In this document: positions 33,480 to 42,707 of the stretch, piece by piece
Numbering within the stretch: the stretch's first letter is position 1
Layout: every line of letters begins with the position of its first letter
From: an uncultured Gemmatimonadales bacterium
Lineage (GTDB): Bacteria > Gemmatimonadota > Gemmatimonadetes > Gemmatimonadales > GWC2-71-9
Assembly (NCBI GenBank): GCA_963761885.1
Contig: CAVXIN010000003.1
Location: 489,508 to 553,507 of the forward strand
Direction: 5' to 3'
DNA length: 64,000 nt
Notes under the pieces: model-generated
Seen by the model: the letters and a program-made list of their open reading frames with translations, nothing else
What the model was told of the DNA's origin: nothing
The model's database searches: none
Position numbers and translations under genes: made by a program

Positions 33480-34974
33480 TGCTGCTGCACCGCATCTGGG
33501 ACGCGAAGCTCGCCCAGGCCGGATACCTCATCGGCTGTACCGAGGCGCGGGAGGCGCTCGTGGTCGACGCCACCCGCGACGTCGAGCAGTATCTCGCCCT
33601 CGCCGCCTCGCTCAACCTCCGCATCGCCCACGTCACCGAGACCCACATTCACGCCGACTTCGTCTCCGGGAGCCGCGAGCTCGCCGCCCGGGCAAAGGCG
33701 ACGCTCTACCTCTCCGACGAGGGCGGCGACGACTGGCGCTACGACTTCGCCGCGGGCGACGGCGCCGTTCCGCTCCGCGACGGGGACGCGTTCGACGTGG
33801 GTCGCGTGCGGATCCAGGCGCTGCATACGCCGGGGCACACGCCGGAGCACCTCACCTTCCTCGTCACCGACGGCGCCGCGGCGACCGAGCCGATCGCTGC
33901 GGTCACCGGCGACTTCGTCTTCGTGGGCGACGTGGGACGGCCCGACCTGCTCGAGCGCGCCGCGCGGGTCGAGGGCACGATGGAATCGGCGGCGCGGACG
34001 CTGTTCCGGAGCATCCAGCGCTTCAAGGCCCAGCCCGACTATCTCCAGATCTGGCCCGGCCATGGCGCCGGCTCGGCGTGCGGCAAGGGCATGAGCGCCA
34101 TCCCCCACAGCACCGTGGGCTACGAGCGGCGGTTCAACTGGGCGTTCGGCGTGGACGGACGAGGAGGAGTTCGTGCGCCTGGTGCTGGCGGGCCAGCCCG
34201 AGCCGCCGAAGTACTTCGGCACGATGAAGCGGATCAACAAGGAGGGGCCCCGTCTCCTCGGCGGCCTGCCGCGCCCGACGCCGATGGACCCGGAGAGCGT
34301 CGTCGCCCTGCTCGATCGGGGCGAGCTGGTGGTGGACACCCGTACCTCGACCGAGTACGCGTCGGGGCACCTCCCCGGCAGCGTGAATATCCCGTTCAAC
34401 AACGCGTTCACCACCTGGGTGGGCTGGATCGTGCCCTACGACCGCGAGGTCTACCTGCTCTCGGCCAAGCCGGACGGCCGGCAGTCCGAGCTCGCGCTCC
34501 GCGACATGGCGATGATCGGGCTGGACCGGGTGACCGGCACCTTCGGCGCGGACGCGCTCGGCGCCTGGAACCGGGCCGGCCGCAGTCTCGCCAGCTACGG
34601 CCGGATCACGGCGCAGGATCTGGCCGCCCGGCTCGCGGCGGGAACGGTGCAGGCGCTCGACGTTCGGAGCCGGGCCGAATGGGAAGCGGGGCACATCGAC
34701 GGCGTGGCCAACATCTTCGCCGGAGAGCTGGTGGATCGACTGGACGAGGTGCCCCGCGGGCGGCCGCTGGTGGTCCACTGTCAGGGCGGCACCCGCTCCG
34801 CCATCGCGGCGAGCCTGCTCGACGCGCGGGGAATCGGCGAGATCCTGGATCAACCCGGCGGGTTCAACGAGTGGGAAGGTGCCGGTCTGCCGGTCGTGCG
34901 CGAGCACGCGGCCACCGCCGGCGCCCGACCTGGTGCTGGCCCCGCTGGAGCGGGCGGCGCAGCGCACCGGCTGA
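33479..34974 (+). CDS. MBL-fold hydrolase fused to rhodanese domains (persulfide-dioxygenase-like), frame breaks near 34150 and 34925
   Basis: GTG at 33479 overlaps the upstream TAG. Motifs: AQAGYLIGC, VTETHIHADFVSG, LHTPGHTPEH and GDFVFVGDVGRPDL (ORF 32999..). Rhodanese motifs follow in ORF 34173.. (DTRTSTEYASGHLPGSVNIP; VVHCQGGTRSAIAASLL). The stop is taken as TGA 34972-34974 in the third frame. Confidence 0.75.
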
Positions 34975-34992
34975 GTTGCGACCGGCACCTTA

Positions 34993-35019
34993 ACACGAAA
35001 CCCCGGCGCGGGGCCGGGG
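34993..35019 (-). terminator. Hairpin terminator downstream of tRNA-Asn (also ends the + strand MBL-rhodanese gene)
   Basis: Stem CCCCGGC / GCCGGGG (35001-35007 and 35013-35019) with a 5-nt loop. On the minus strand it is followed by TTTCGTGTT. Confidence 0.5.
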
Positions 35020-35056
35020 TCGGTGGAGAGATCTCGTACGGCGGTGTCCGGTGCAG

Positions 35057-35129
35057 CTCCCGAGGAGGGACTCGAACCCCCGACCCGGTGATTAACAGTC
35101 ACCTGCTCTACCAACTGAGCTACTCGGGA
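35057..35129 (-). tRNA. tRNA-Asn (anticodon GTT)
   Basis: The reverse complement folds as a 73-nt cloverleaf: acceptor TCCCGAG/CTCGGGA, D-arm GCTCAGTTGGTAGAGC, anticodon stem GGTGA/TCACC with loop CTGTTAA, T-arm GGGGGTTCGAGTCCCTC. CCA is not encoded. Confidence 0.95.
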
Positions 35130-35151
35130 AGGCAACCTCAAGCGCGGGTGC

Positions 35152-35180
35152 AATCTCGCCTGCGGTGTCACGAGGGTCAA
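35152..35180 (-). promoter_or_regulatory. Candidate sigma70-type promoter for tRNA-Asn
   Basis: On the minus strand: TTGACC (35180-35175), a 17-nt spacer, GAGATT (35157-35152). This lies about 20 nt upstream of the mature tRNA 5' end. Confidence 0.35.
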
Positions 35181-35417
35181 GCCGTTTTGCGAGGTCGATC
35201 GGCGGGTCGTACCTTGCCCCCGTGACGCATCGCGAAGCACCCGAGAAGGCCTGGTCCCGGCCGTCAAAATTGCCGCCGGTCAGCAGTCCTATCTGCAGCC
35301 GACTTGCACCCTTGCCGATGCAAGTGCATGCTCACTTGACGATGACCCTCGATTCGTGGCGACTTTGCCTCGCAAAGCAGCTACAGGAAGCATGCCTAAG
35401 CCATTGTTGAAGAATAT

Positions 35418-35426
35418 GTTACAATG
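35418..35426 (+). promoter_or_regulatory. Candidate extended -10 promoter element upstream of holB
   Basis: TGTTACAAT (TGn + TACAAT) lies in a locally AT-rich stretch 42 nt upstream of the holB ATG. No good -35 element is present. Confidence 0.3.
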
Positions 35427-35467
35427 AACCTACTCGCTTTTCCCACCCCCCACCTTAGCTTGTCTTG

Positions 35468-36560
35468 ATGCCGTTGCCGCCCCTGATCGGGCACCTGCAG
35501 ACCAGGCGTCGCCTGGCCCAGGCACTTCGTGCAGGCACCCTCCCACAGGTCCTGCTGTTCACTGGGACGACAGGGATAGGGAAGCAGCGGTTGGCGCTTT
35601 GGCTGGCACAACTGATGTACTGTGAGCGCGCCGGCGCTGGAGCCCTGCGAGAGCTGCCGGGCCTGCCGACTGGTGACGGGGCTGGCCCACGCCGACCTGC
35701 ATTGGTTCGTCCCGATCAACCGGCCCAAGGCCGGAGATCCGGACAAGCAGGTGGATGAGGCCGCGGAGGCTCTCGCGGCAGTCATGGAGGAGCGGCGCAA
35801 GCGTCCGCTCTACGCTCCGGCCGACGGCATGGCGAGTCACTCGATCGCCAGCGTGCGGCTGCTGCAGCGGCGGGCGGCGCTCACGTCGGTCGAAGGTGGG
35901 CCCCGGGTCTTCATCATCGGGGAGGCGGACCGTCTGGTGCCTCAGGAGTCCAGTCCCGAGGCGGCCAACGCGATGCTCAAGCTGCTGGAGGAGCCGCCCC
36001 CCGGGGCCCAGTTCCTCCTGACGACGACGGATCCGCGGCGCCTGCTGCCGACCATCCGGTCCCGCGCGGCGCCGATGCGGTTGCAGCGGTTGTCGGACGA
36101 CGACGTGCGAGCGTTCCTGGCGGACCAGACCGAGCCCCGGTGGTCCGCCGAGCAGATCGAGACGCGGGCCGCGCCGGCGGCGGGGTCCATCGGGCAGGCG
36201 CTGAGCGAGGGTGACGAGACCGGCAAGGCGTATCGCTCGGCGGAGCAGCTGCTGGAGGCGGTGATCGAGGGGCGGGGCCCTGCCCTGGAGCGCGCCATGG
36301 GCCAGGCGGCGTTCGCGGCGCGGGGAGACTTCGCCGCGATGCTCGATGCGCTGGCCGACACGCTGGGCGAGGCGGCGAGGGGCACCATGGGTCAGCCGGT
36401 TCGGCGCGCGGTACCTTCGGCGCTGCTCCGGCATCGGACGCCGGGAGCGTTGCTGCAGGCGCTGGAGAAGGTGGCGGAAGCTCGGGAGTCGGCCTCGGGA
36501 AACGTGAATCCCCAGCTCCTACTGGCCGTCCTGAGTGAGGACCTGGCGGAGGTGCTGTGA
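35468..36560 (+). CDS. holB: DNA polymerase III subunit delta-prime (HolB), one frame break near 35625
   Basis: N-terminus in ORF 35465.. (LIGHLQTRRRLAQALRAGTLPQVLLFTGTTGIGKQRLALWLAQLMYC). The remainder is in ORF 35622..36560 (CESCRACRLV zinc module, VFIIGEADRL, NAMLKLLEEPP, TIRSRA). Confidence 0.8.
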
Positions 36561-37021
36561 AGCTGAGCCATCTCGACGCCGAAGGGCGCGCGCGCATGGT
36601 GGACGTGGGCGACAAGCCGGTCAGCGATCGGACGGCGGTGGCCCGGGGGGCGGTGCGGATGTCGCGCGAGGCCTATGAGCTGGTGGCCGGCGAAGGAGTG
36701 CCGAAAGGCGATGTCCTCGCGGTGGCGGAGGTGGCCGGGGTGATGGGCGCCAAGCGGACCGGGGAGCTGATTCCCCTCTGTCATCCGCTGGGCCTCGATC
36801 ACGTGGAAGTCGAAGCCAGGCTTGACCCTGAGCTGCCCGGGGTGCAGGTCGTTGCAGCCGCTCGGGTGACCGGGCGCACAGGAGTGGAGATGGAGGCCCT
36901 CACAGCGGTCACCATCGCCTGTCTGACAGTGTATGACATGGTGAAAGCCGTGGACAAGGGGATGGTCATCGAGGACGTCAAGTTGGTGAGCAAGACCAAG
37001 CGGCCTGCTCACGACTCATAG
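36557..37021 (+). CDS. moaC: Cyclic pyranopterin monophosphate synthase MoaC
   Basis: Intact 154-aa ORF: SHLDAEGRARMVDVGDK, TGELIPLCHPL, TGRTGVEMEALTAVTIACLTVYDMVKA. The GTG start overlaps the holB stop. Confidence 0.93.
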   Translation: MKLSHLDAEGRARMVDVGDKPVSDRTAVARGAVRMSREAYELVAGEGVPKGDVLAVAEVAGVMGAKRTGELIPLCHPLGLDHVEVEARLDPELPGVQVVAAARVTGRTGVEMEALTAVTIACLTVYDMVKAVDKGMVIEDVKLVSKTKRPAHDS

Positions 37022-37038
37022 ACTGGAGAGTGCTCGTC

Positions 37039-37737
37039 ATGCGACCGACCGAGGAGTACCGCGAGCGACAGCGGAGCCCGGCACAGCGCGTCCTCACCCG
37101 AGGCGCCCTGCTGCTGGTGACCACCGGTGTCATCGGGGCCCTGGCCGGCTGGACCAAGGGTGTGGGCGCGGCGGACGACGTCATTGTCCCGGACGCGCGC
37201 TTCGTGGCGCGTGAGATGGGCAGCCTCGAGCAGCAGCTCCAGGGAACCCGGGGCGAGCTGGAGCTGGTCAAGCTCCAGCTCGAGCGCACCAGCGCGATCA
37301 TGGCCAACTCCACCCGCTACAAGATCCCGGTGGAGCTGTCCGAGGCGATCTACGACATCGCGCTGAGCGAGGGCATCGATCCCGCCCTCGGCTTTCAGCT
37401 GGTGAAGATCGAGAGCGGGTTCAAGTCCACCGCTCGCTCGCCCATGAATGCGTTCGGGTACACCCAGCTGCAGCTGCCCACCGCGCGCTTCTACGACGCG
37501 GACGTGACCGAGGCCGACCTGTACCAGCGCGACAAGAACCTGCGGATCGGGTTCCGCTTTCTGCGCGACCTGCTGGAGCAGTTCGATCACGACATGGAGC
37601 TGGCGTTGGTGGCCTACAACCGCGGGCCCGGCAAGGTGGCCGGAATCCTCGCCAAGGGCGGCGATCCGGCCAACGGGTACGCCGAGGCGGTCATGGCCGG
37701 CTACGAGCCGCTGGGAGGCTCCGAGGCCGCGCAGTAG
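37039..37737 (+). CDS. Lytic transglycosylase (SLT domain) with N-terminal membrane anchor
   Basis: GGAGAG lies 8 nt upstream of ATG 37039. SLT motifs are present: LVKIESGFKSTARSPMNAFGYTQL and LVAYNRGPG. Confidence 0.8.
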   Translation: MRPTEEYRERQRSPAQRVLTRGALLLVTTGVIGALAGWTKGVGAADDVIVPDARFVAREMGSLEQQLQGTRGELELVKLQLERTSAIMANSTRYKIPVELSEAIYDIALSEGIDPALGFQLVKIESGFKSTARSPMNAFGYTQLQLPTARFYDADVTEADLYQRDKNLRIGFRFLRDLLEQFDHDMELALVAYNRGPGKVAGILAKGGDPANGYAEAVMAGYEPLGGSEAAQ

Positions 37738-37779
37738 CACGCGAGATGGGTAGGGCACGCGAGATGGATGGACCAGGAT

Positions 37780-37818
37780 CGACGAGGGGGCCGAAACATC
37801 GTTTCGGCCCCCTCGTCG
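37780..37818. terminator. Bidirectional hairpin terminator between convergent SLT and mltD genes
   Basis: Perfect 18-bp stem CGACGAGGGGGCCGAAAC / GTTTCGGCCCCCTCGTCG with a 3-nt loop. Confidence 0.7.
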
Positions 37819-37842
37819 CATGCAGCTTCTGCCGGTGTAGCG

Positions 37843-39579
37843 TCAGCCCGGAATCTTGAGCGACCCGCCGGTGCGGAGCGCGCTGCTTTCCCCCAGGCCA
37901 TTCGCCCGCCGCAGCTCGGAGACCGTGACTCCGTAGCGCTTGGCCAGCCCGCTCAGCGTGTCACCCCGCCGGACCACGTGCGTCCGGGTCGTCGAAGCCA
38001 CCTTGGTGCTCGAAGCGGCCTTGGTGGTCGGAGCGGCGTTGGCGCCGGGCGCCGCCACCCGGAGACGCTGGCCGGCGCGGATGCTTCCCTTGGCGTCCAG
38101 CTTGTTCCAGAGCCGGATATCGCGCTGACTCACGCCGTACTCGTCGGCGATCCCCGAGAGCGTCTCGCCCCGCCTCACCCGGTGGTAGCCCGAGGAGTTG
38201 GTGCCGGCCGCCGGCACCGGCTCCGACATGCGGCGCGCCATCGAGCTGGAGATCGCTCCGCCGGTCGGCACGATGAGCCGCTGGCCGATCCGAAGGCGCT
38301 TGGCGCTGGCCTTGGGGTTGGCGTCGGCGAGCAGGCGGCTGCTGACCCGGTACTTCCGCGCGATCCCGCCCATGGTCTCGCCGCGGGCCACGAAGTGCTC
38401 GACGAAGGTCACGCGCTTGTCCGCCGGCAGCTCCGCGTAGGCGGCGACGGTGGCCGGTCCGCGGCCCACCGGGAGTCGGACCACCGAGGCCACCGCAGGC
38501 GGGGTGGCGAGGCGGAGGAACTGCGGGTTGAGCTCCCGGATCGCGGCGACGGTCGTGTCCGCCAACCGGGCGATGACGTCGAGACCGGTCATCGTGGGCA
38601 CCACGATCGAGTCGTAGGCCAGCGGCTCCGAGGGCGTGACGCTGAAGCCGTAGCGCGCCGGCTCCTTCGCGATGACCGCGGCCGCGATCAGCTTCGGCAC
38701 GTAGTCCTTGGTCTCGCGGCGGAGGAGGCGGGTGTCGTAGAGACGGAAGAACGCCGCGTCGCTGCTTCGGCCGCTGTCGTCGTCGCGGAGGCGGCGAAGG
38801 CCTCGCGAGACCCGGCCCGAGCCCGCGTTGTACGCGGCGGCCGCGAGATAGAGCGAGCCGAATCGGGCGTTGAGATCCCGGAGGTGACGCGCAGCGGCGT
38901 CGGTGGCGAGGAAGGGATCGCGCCGCTCGTCTACCCACGAATCCACCCGCAGGTCGTAGAACTTCGCGGTGCCCTTCATGAACTGCCACATCCCGACCGC
39001 CTTGGCGCGGCTGGTGGCGGTGTTGGAGAAGCCGCTCTCGATCAGCGCCAGGTAGACCAGGTCGCCCGGCATGTCCTCCTGCGCCAGCCGCCGACGGATC
39101 ATCGGCTCGTAGCGCTGCATCCGGTCGAGCCAGATCGCCATGCGCTGGCGGCCGGGCCCGAGAAAGAAATCGAGATACCACTTCACCCGGTGATGACTGT
39201 TGTAGGTCTCGACGTCGATGTCCCAGGTGACCGCGTTGGCGAGCACCTTGGTGTCGTTGCCTTCGATCGGAACCTCGGCCGTGCCGGCTTCGGCATCGGT
39301 GGGGGCGGCTTCGGCCAGCGCCTCGAGCACCGCTTCGTCGGCCGCGCTATCGGCGGCCTGGCGCGTCTCCGCGGCGAGTTCCTCGGCGGGAATCAGCGAA
39401 TCGACTTCGGGTGCGGGAGGATGAGCGAGTTCGCCCGGTAGCTCGGGGAGCGCATCGGCTACGACCGACGGCCTCGGCTCGGCGGACGCAGCGTCTGGTG
39501 CGGGGGGCCCAGGCTGCCGGTGGGAGCCCCCGCAGGCGGAAAGGAGAACGATCGCGAGCAGTCCGGACGATCGAAGCAT
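37843..39579 (-). CDS. mltD: Membrane-bound lytic murein transglycosylase D-like (SLT + three LysM domains)
   Basis: Intact 578-aa ORF with lipoprotein-like signal LLSAC, SLT core (LALIESGFSNTATSRAKAVGMWQF, AAAAYNAGSG) and three LysM repeats (HFVARGETMGGIARKY; HRVRRGETLSGIADEY; HVVRRGDTLSGLAKRY). Confidence 0.85.
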   Translation of the reverse strand: MLRSSGLLAIVLLSACGGSHRQPGPPAPDAASAEPRPSVVADALPELPGELAHPPAPEVDSLIPAEELAAETRQAADSAADEAVLEALAEAAPTDAEAGTAEVPIEGNDTKVLANAVTWDIDVETYNSHHRVKWYLDFFLGPGRQRMAIWLDRMQRYEPMIRRRLAQEDMPGDLVYLALIESGFSNTATSRAKAVGMWQFMKGTAKFYDLRVDSWVDERRDPFLATDAAARHLRDLNARFGSLYLAAAAYNAGSGRVSRGLRRLRDDDSGRSSDAAFFRLYDTRLLRRETKDYVPKLIAAAVIAKEPARYGFSVTPSEPLAYDSIVVPTMTGLDVIARLADTTVAAIRELNPQFLRLATPPAVASVVRLPVGRGPATVAAYAELPADKRVTFVEHFVARGETMGGIARKYRVSSRLLADANPKASAKRLRIGQRLIVPTGGAISSSMARRMSEPVPAAGTNSSGYHRVRRGETLSGIADEYGVSQRDIRLWNKLDAKGSIRAGQRLRVAAPGANAAPTTKAASSTKVASTTRTHVVRRGDTLSGLAKRYGVTVSELRRANGLGESSALRTGGSLKIPG

Positions 39580-39664
39580 GGGGCCTCAGCTTCGGAGTGT
39601 GTTCGGGGTGCATTCCGCAGGGCGGAAGGCGTTCTGAGGCAGGGGGACTGGGAGGTCTACCCCG

Positions 39665-40111
39665 CTAACGCATGAAGAGACGGTTGCCCAGGATCCGATT
39701 GGTGGCATTGAGCACGGCCAATGCCGCGGCGCGGGCGGGGTCGTCCTCGGTGAGCACCGAGCCCACCACCCGCTGATCCGAGCCTTCTGCATTGGTCGAC
39801 AGGGAGACGATGACAACCGTCGCATCGAATGCGCGGACCGCTTTGACTCCCAGCAGATCGAAGACCACCCCTCCGCCGCCGCCCCCGGCGACCGCCTGGG
39901 CCAGCGCGTTCACGCACGCCATTGCAGCGCAGCGGAGCTCGCCCGCCTGGGACGCCAGGCCCTCGCTGTCACCGGAAAAAGCTTCCGAATCCCGCCAGGT
40001 GAGGCTCACCTTCGCACGGCACCGCCCGTTGGGGAGGCGATCCAGTACGAACTCGGCGAAGCGCAGGCGCTCGCTGAGGGGATTGGGTGCCGACATGACC
40101 TTCCTTGGCAC
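39665..40111 (-). CDS. Hypothetical protein (two similar alpha/beta halves)
   Basis: Clean 148-aa ORF between real genes, with coding-like composition. No family is recognised. An alternative start is at 40096. Confidence 0.5.
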   Translation of the reverse strand: MPRKVMSAPNPLSERLRFAEFVLDRLPNGRCRAKVSLTWRDSEAFSGDSEGLASQAGELRCAAMACVNALAQAVAGGGGGGVVFDLLGVKAVRAFDATVVIVSLSTNAEGSDQRVVGSVLTEDDPARAAALAVLNATNRILGNRLFMR

Positions 40112-40183
40112 GGGCGTGGTGAGTGACTACGGCGAGATGCCGAGAGGGGCAAGCCCTATGCCACCCGGCGGCCGCCGGCCTTC

Positions 40184-40459
40184 TCAATCCAGGTGTTCGG
40201 ACAGGAGGGCGGTCAGGGCGTCGTTGGACAGTTTCTCGGCCTGAGCAAAGAGCGCGGCCTTCGAGGACGACGTCAGCGGATACGTCGCCCAGAACGATTC
40301 ACGCGCGGTGCCGGCGCACCGAAACGAGAATACCAGATTCCATTGTGCCGAGTTGGCTCGGCGCTCGGCGGCGAACGTGACATTCCAGCGCCGGTCACCG
40401 TGCTCGACGATTCTCCAGGCCATCGACGACTCCACGAAGTCGAACGAAAGGTCGGCCAA
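40184..40459 (-). CDS. Hypothetical small protein (91 aa)
   Basis: ORF with a non-repetitive, balanced sequence (MADLSFDFVESSMAWRIVEHGDRRWNVTF...). No family is recognised. Confidence 0.4.
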   Translation of the reverse strand: MADLSFDFVESSMAWRIVEHGDRRWNVTFAAERRANSAQWNLVFSFRCAGTARESFWATYPLTSSSKAALFAQAEKLSNDALTALLSEHLD

Positions 40460-40478
40460 TATTTGCGGAGGCCGGGAA

Positions 40479-41081
40479 TCAGGTCAAGAGCCGCTCCGCC
40501 CGCGCCTGCGCGATCGTGTCCACTTCACGCAGCGGTGCGAGCTCGCGCCACGCCACGCCCACATGGGCCAGCCGGGCTCGGGTCTCCCCCAGCAAACGGT
40601 TGGTGCCCCATGGCATCGCGGTGAAGATGTCGGGTATCGGCGGGGTGCCCCCGATGATGTAGTACCCGCCGTCGGTCGTGGGCCCGATCACGAACTCGCC
40701 GCCTGCAACGATCGCGCCCGCCTCCGCCAGCATCGCCGCATCGAGAGCGGGACAATCGCCCACCAGCGCGAGCCAGCTCCGGCCCGGTCGGGCGGCCCGG
40801 GCCGCGGTGCCGAGTCGCGTGCCGCGATCCCCGGCGGGCTGCGGCAGGAACTCGAAGCCGTCGCCCAGCCAATGGCGCATCTCCGGCTCCGCGTCGCTGG
40901 GTGCGAACCAGACGGTGATGTCGCCGCCGGACGCGCGCGCGGCGGCGAGCGTGCGGGCGGCCATGATGCGATAGAGGCGGAGGGCGTGGCGGTCGCCGAT
41001 GTCGGCGGCGAGGCGGGGCTTGACGGTCCCGAGGCGTGGTGCGTGAAGGAAAACGGCGACGATCGGCCGCTTCGTGGTCAG
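40479..41081 (-). CDS. DUF2064 / TIGR04282-type glycosyltransferase-like protein; start codon unresolved
   Basis: PIVAVFLHAPRLGTVKPRLAADIG..., GDCPALD, VIGPTTDGGYYIIG, MPWGTNRLL. The only in-frame candidate next to the ilvE stop is CTG at 41081. Confidence 0.6.
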   Translation of the reverse strand: MTTKRPIVAVFLHAPRLGTVKPRLAADIGDRHALRLYRIMAARTLAAARASGGDITVWFAPSDAEPEMRHWLGDGFEFLPQPAGDRGTRLGTAARAARPGRSWLALVGDCPALDAAMLAEAGAIVAGGEFVIGPTTDGGYYIIGGTPPIPDIFTAMPWGTNRLLGETRARLAHVGVAWRELAPLREVDTIAQARAERLLT

Positions 41082-41983
41082 CCCCGCGCCAGGGCCTGGA
41101 AGCGAGCGCGCAGATCGCGGGTGACCGGGCCCTGAGTGCCGGAGCCGATGTTCCGTCCGTCCACCTGCCGGATGGCGATCAGCTCGCTCGCCGTCCCGGT
41201 GAAGAACGCTTCGTCGGCGGTGTAGATGTCGTAGCGGTTGAGCATCGTCTCCAGCACCTGGTACCCGGCGCCCCGCGCCAGCTCGATCACCGTGTCGCGG
41301 GTGACGCCCTTCAGGATGCCGGCATAGGCGGCCGGCGTGCTGATGATGCCCTGCTTCACCACGAAGAGGTTCTGGCCCGAGCCCTCCGCCACGTGGCCTT
41401 CGCTGTCGAGCATCAGCACTTCGTCGGCCCCGGTGTGAATGCCCTCGATCTTGGCGAGGATGTGCGCCAGATAGTTGAGCGACTTCACCCGAGGCGACAA
41501 CGCTTCGCGGTGCGGAATCGGCGTGCCGGCCGTCACCACGCGCAGCCCGGTCTCGTAGACCTCTTCCGGAAACAGCCGGATGGTGTCCACGATGATGATG
41601 ACCGACGCCTTGGGACATTTCCGGGGATCGAGACCGAGATCCCCAACGCCGCGGGTGACGATGTGGCGGATGTACGCCTCGGCGATCCCGGAGCGGCGCA
41701 CCGCCTCCTCGGTAACCTCCGCCATCTCGGCCTTCGACATCGGGATCGTGAGCCAGATGGCCTTGGCCGAATCGTAGAGCCGGTCGAGGTGCTCGGAGAG
41801 CTTGAAGATCTTCCCGCCGTACACGCGGATGCCCTCGAACACGCCGTCGCCATAGAGGAGCCCGTGATCGTACACCGAGACGGTCGCGGTGTCCCGGCCG
41901 TGCCACGCGCCGTCGAGCCAGACTGTGGGCACGCCCGCTCCCGTGGTGGTCGAAGGCTTGGAGGGTTTCAGAGTGGTCGACAT
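41078..41983 (-). CDS. ilvE: Branched-chain-amino-acid aminotransferase (class IV)
   Basis: Starts MSTTLKP at 41983. Motifs: VSVYDHGLLYGDGVFEGIRVY, RVKSLNYLAHILAKIE, GSGQNLFVV, GILKGVTRD, ADEAFFTGTASE. Confidence 0.9.
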   Translation of the reverse strand: MSTTLKPSKPSTTTGAGVPTVWLDGAWHGRDTATVSVYDHGLLYGDGVFEGIRVYGGKIFKLSEHLDRLYDSAKAIWLTIPMSKAEMAEVTEEAVRRSGIAEAYIRHIVTRGVGDLGLDPRKCPKASVIIIVDTIRLFPEEVYETGLRVVTAGTPIPHREALSPRVKSLNYLAHILAKIEGIHTGADEVLMLDSEGHVAEGSGQNLFVVKQGIISTPAAYAGILKGVTRDTVIELARGAGYQVLETMLNRYDIYTADEAFFTGTASELIAIRQVDGRNIGSGTQGPVTRDLRARFQALARG

Positions 41984-42047
41984 GAGGGCAAATCTATCCC
42001 CGGGTACAGGGATGGCCAAGCGGAGGCTTCGTGGCGACAATACGGGC

Positions 42048-42707
42048 ATGCGTCCGAATCGTTGGAGCGAGCCTCAGCTCGATCGCAGGACCTATCCTCG
42101 AGCCGAATACCGCCGCACCGCGCCCGCTCTGCTGGAGCTGGAGGGCTATCGCTGCGCGGTGCGCGACCTCGGACCCGGAGGCCTGCGAATAGAGCCGGCG
42201 CCGGCGGGGCGGGTGTGGGAGATCGGCGAGCGAGTGACCGGCGTGCTGCACCTTCGGGCCGGAGGGCTGGTGCATATCGGGGCGACGATCGGTCGGATCG
42301 ACCGCGCCGGCCTGGCCCTGGCTCCCGATGACGAGGGATGGCCGGACCTCGACCTCATCGACGCCGAGCGCTCGGCGCTGGTTCGCTGGCATCACGAGCG
42401 GCGAAGCGCGCCGCGCTTGCCCCTCCCCTCACTGCCCGGAGCCGCCGCGAGCACGCCCCTGCGCGATGTGAGTGCGACCGGTCTCCGCTACGCGCTCGCT
42501 CCATCGGAGCGGGCGCCGGCCACCGGCAGTCATGTCGCGGGGGAGCTCAGGCTGGATGCGGAGACGGTGATCCCGGTGCGCGGCCAGGTCATTCGCCACG
42601 TGGGCCGGGAGATCGCCGTGGCGCTCGATCCGCCCGGCCTCACTCCCGAAGTGCTGGCACTGCTCCGTCGCCGATATTTCCCCGAAGGGGCCGATCAGGC
42701 GTACTAG
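42048..42707 (+). CDS. Tandem PilZ-domain protein (putative c-di-GMP receptor)
   Basis: Two RxxxR ... D/NxSxxG-like pairs: RRTYPR...VRDLGPGGLR and ERRSAPR...LRDVSATGLR. The start is ATG at 42048 or 42012. Confidence 0.55.
   Translation: MRPNRWSEPQLDRRTYPRAEYRRTAPALLELEGYRCAVRDLGPGGLRIEPAPAGRVWEIGERVTGVLHLRAGGLVHIGATIGRIDRAGLALAPDDEGWPDLDLIDAERSALVRWHHERRSAPRLPLPSLPGAAASTPLRDVSATGLRYALAPSERAPATGSHVAGELRLDAETVIPVRGQVIRHVGREIAVALDPPGLTPEVLALLRRRYFPEGADQAY

Noticed and set aside
35057-35467. tRNA-Asn considered as an integration site for a genomic island or prophage.
   Set aside because: There is no integrase, transposase or phage gene on either side. Flanking genes are ordinary chromosomal functions (MBL-rhodanese, holB, moaC), and I saw no repeat of the tRNA 3' end nearby.
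37738-37767. Direct repeat CACGCGAGATGG x2 (18-nt period) just after the SLT gene stop.
   Set aside because: It is short, occurs only once, and sits next to a strong terminator hairpin. There is no basis for assigning a function.
39665-40459. The two small adjacent ORFs considered as a toxin-antitoxin or defence pair.
   Set aside because: They are separated by 72 nt, show no recognisable toxin, antitoxin or DNA-binding motifs, and lie in a housekeeping context. Nothing supports the idea beyond their size.
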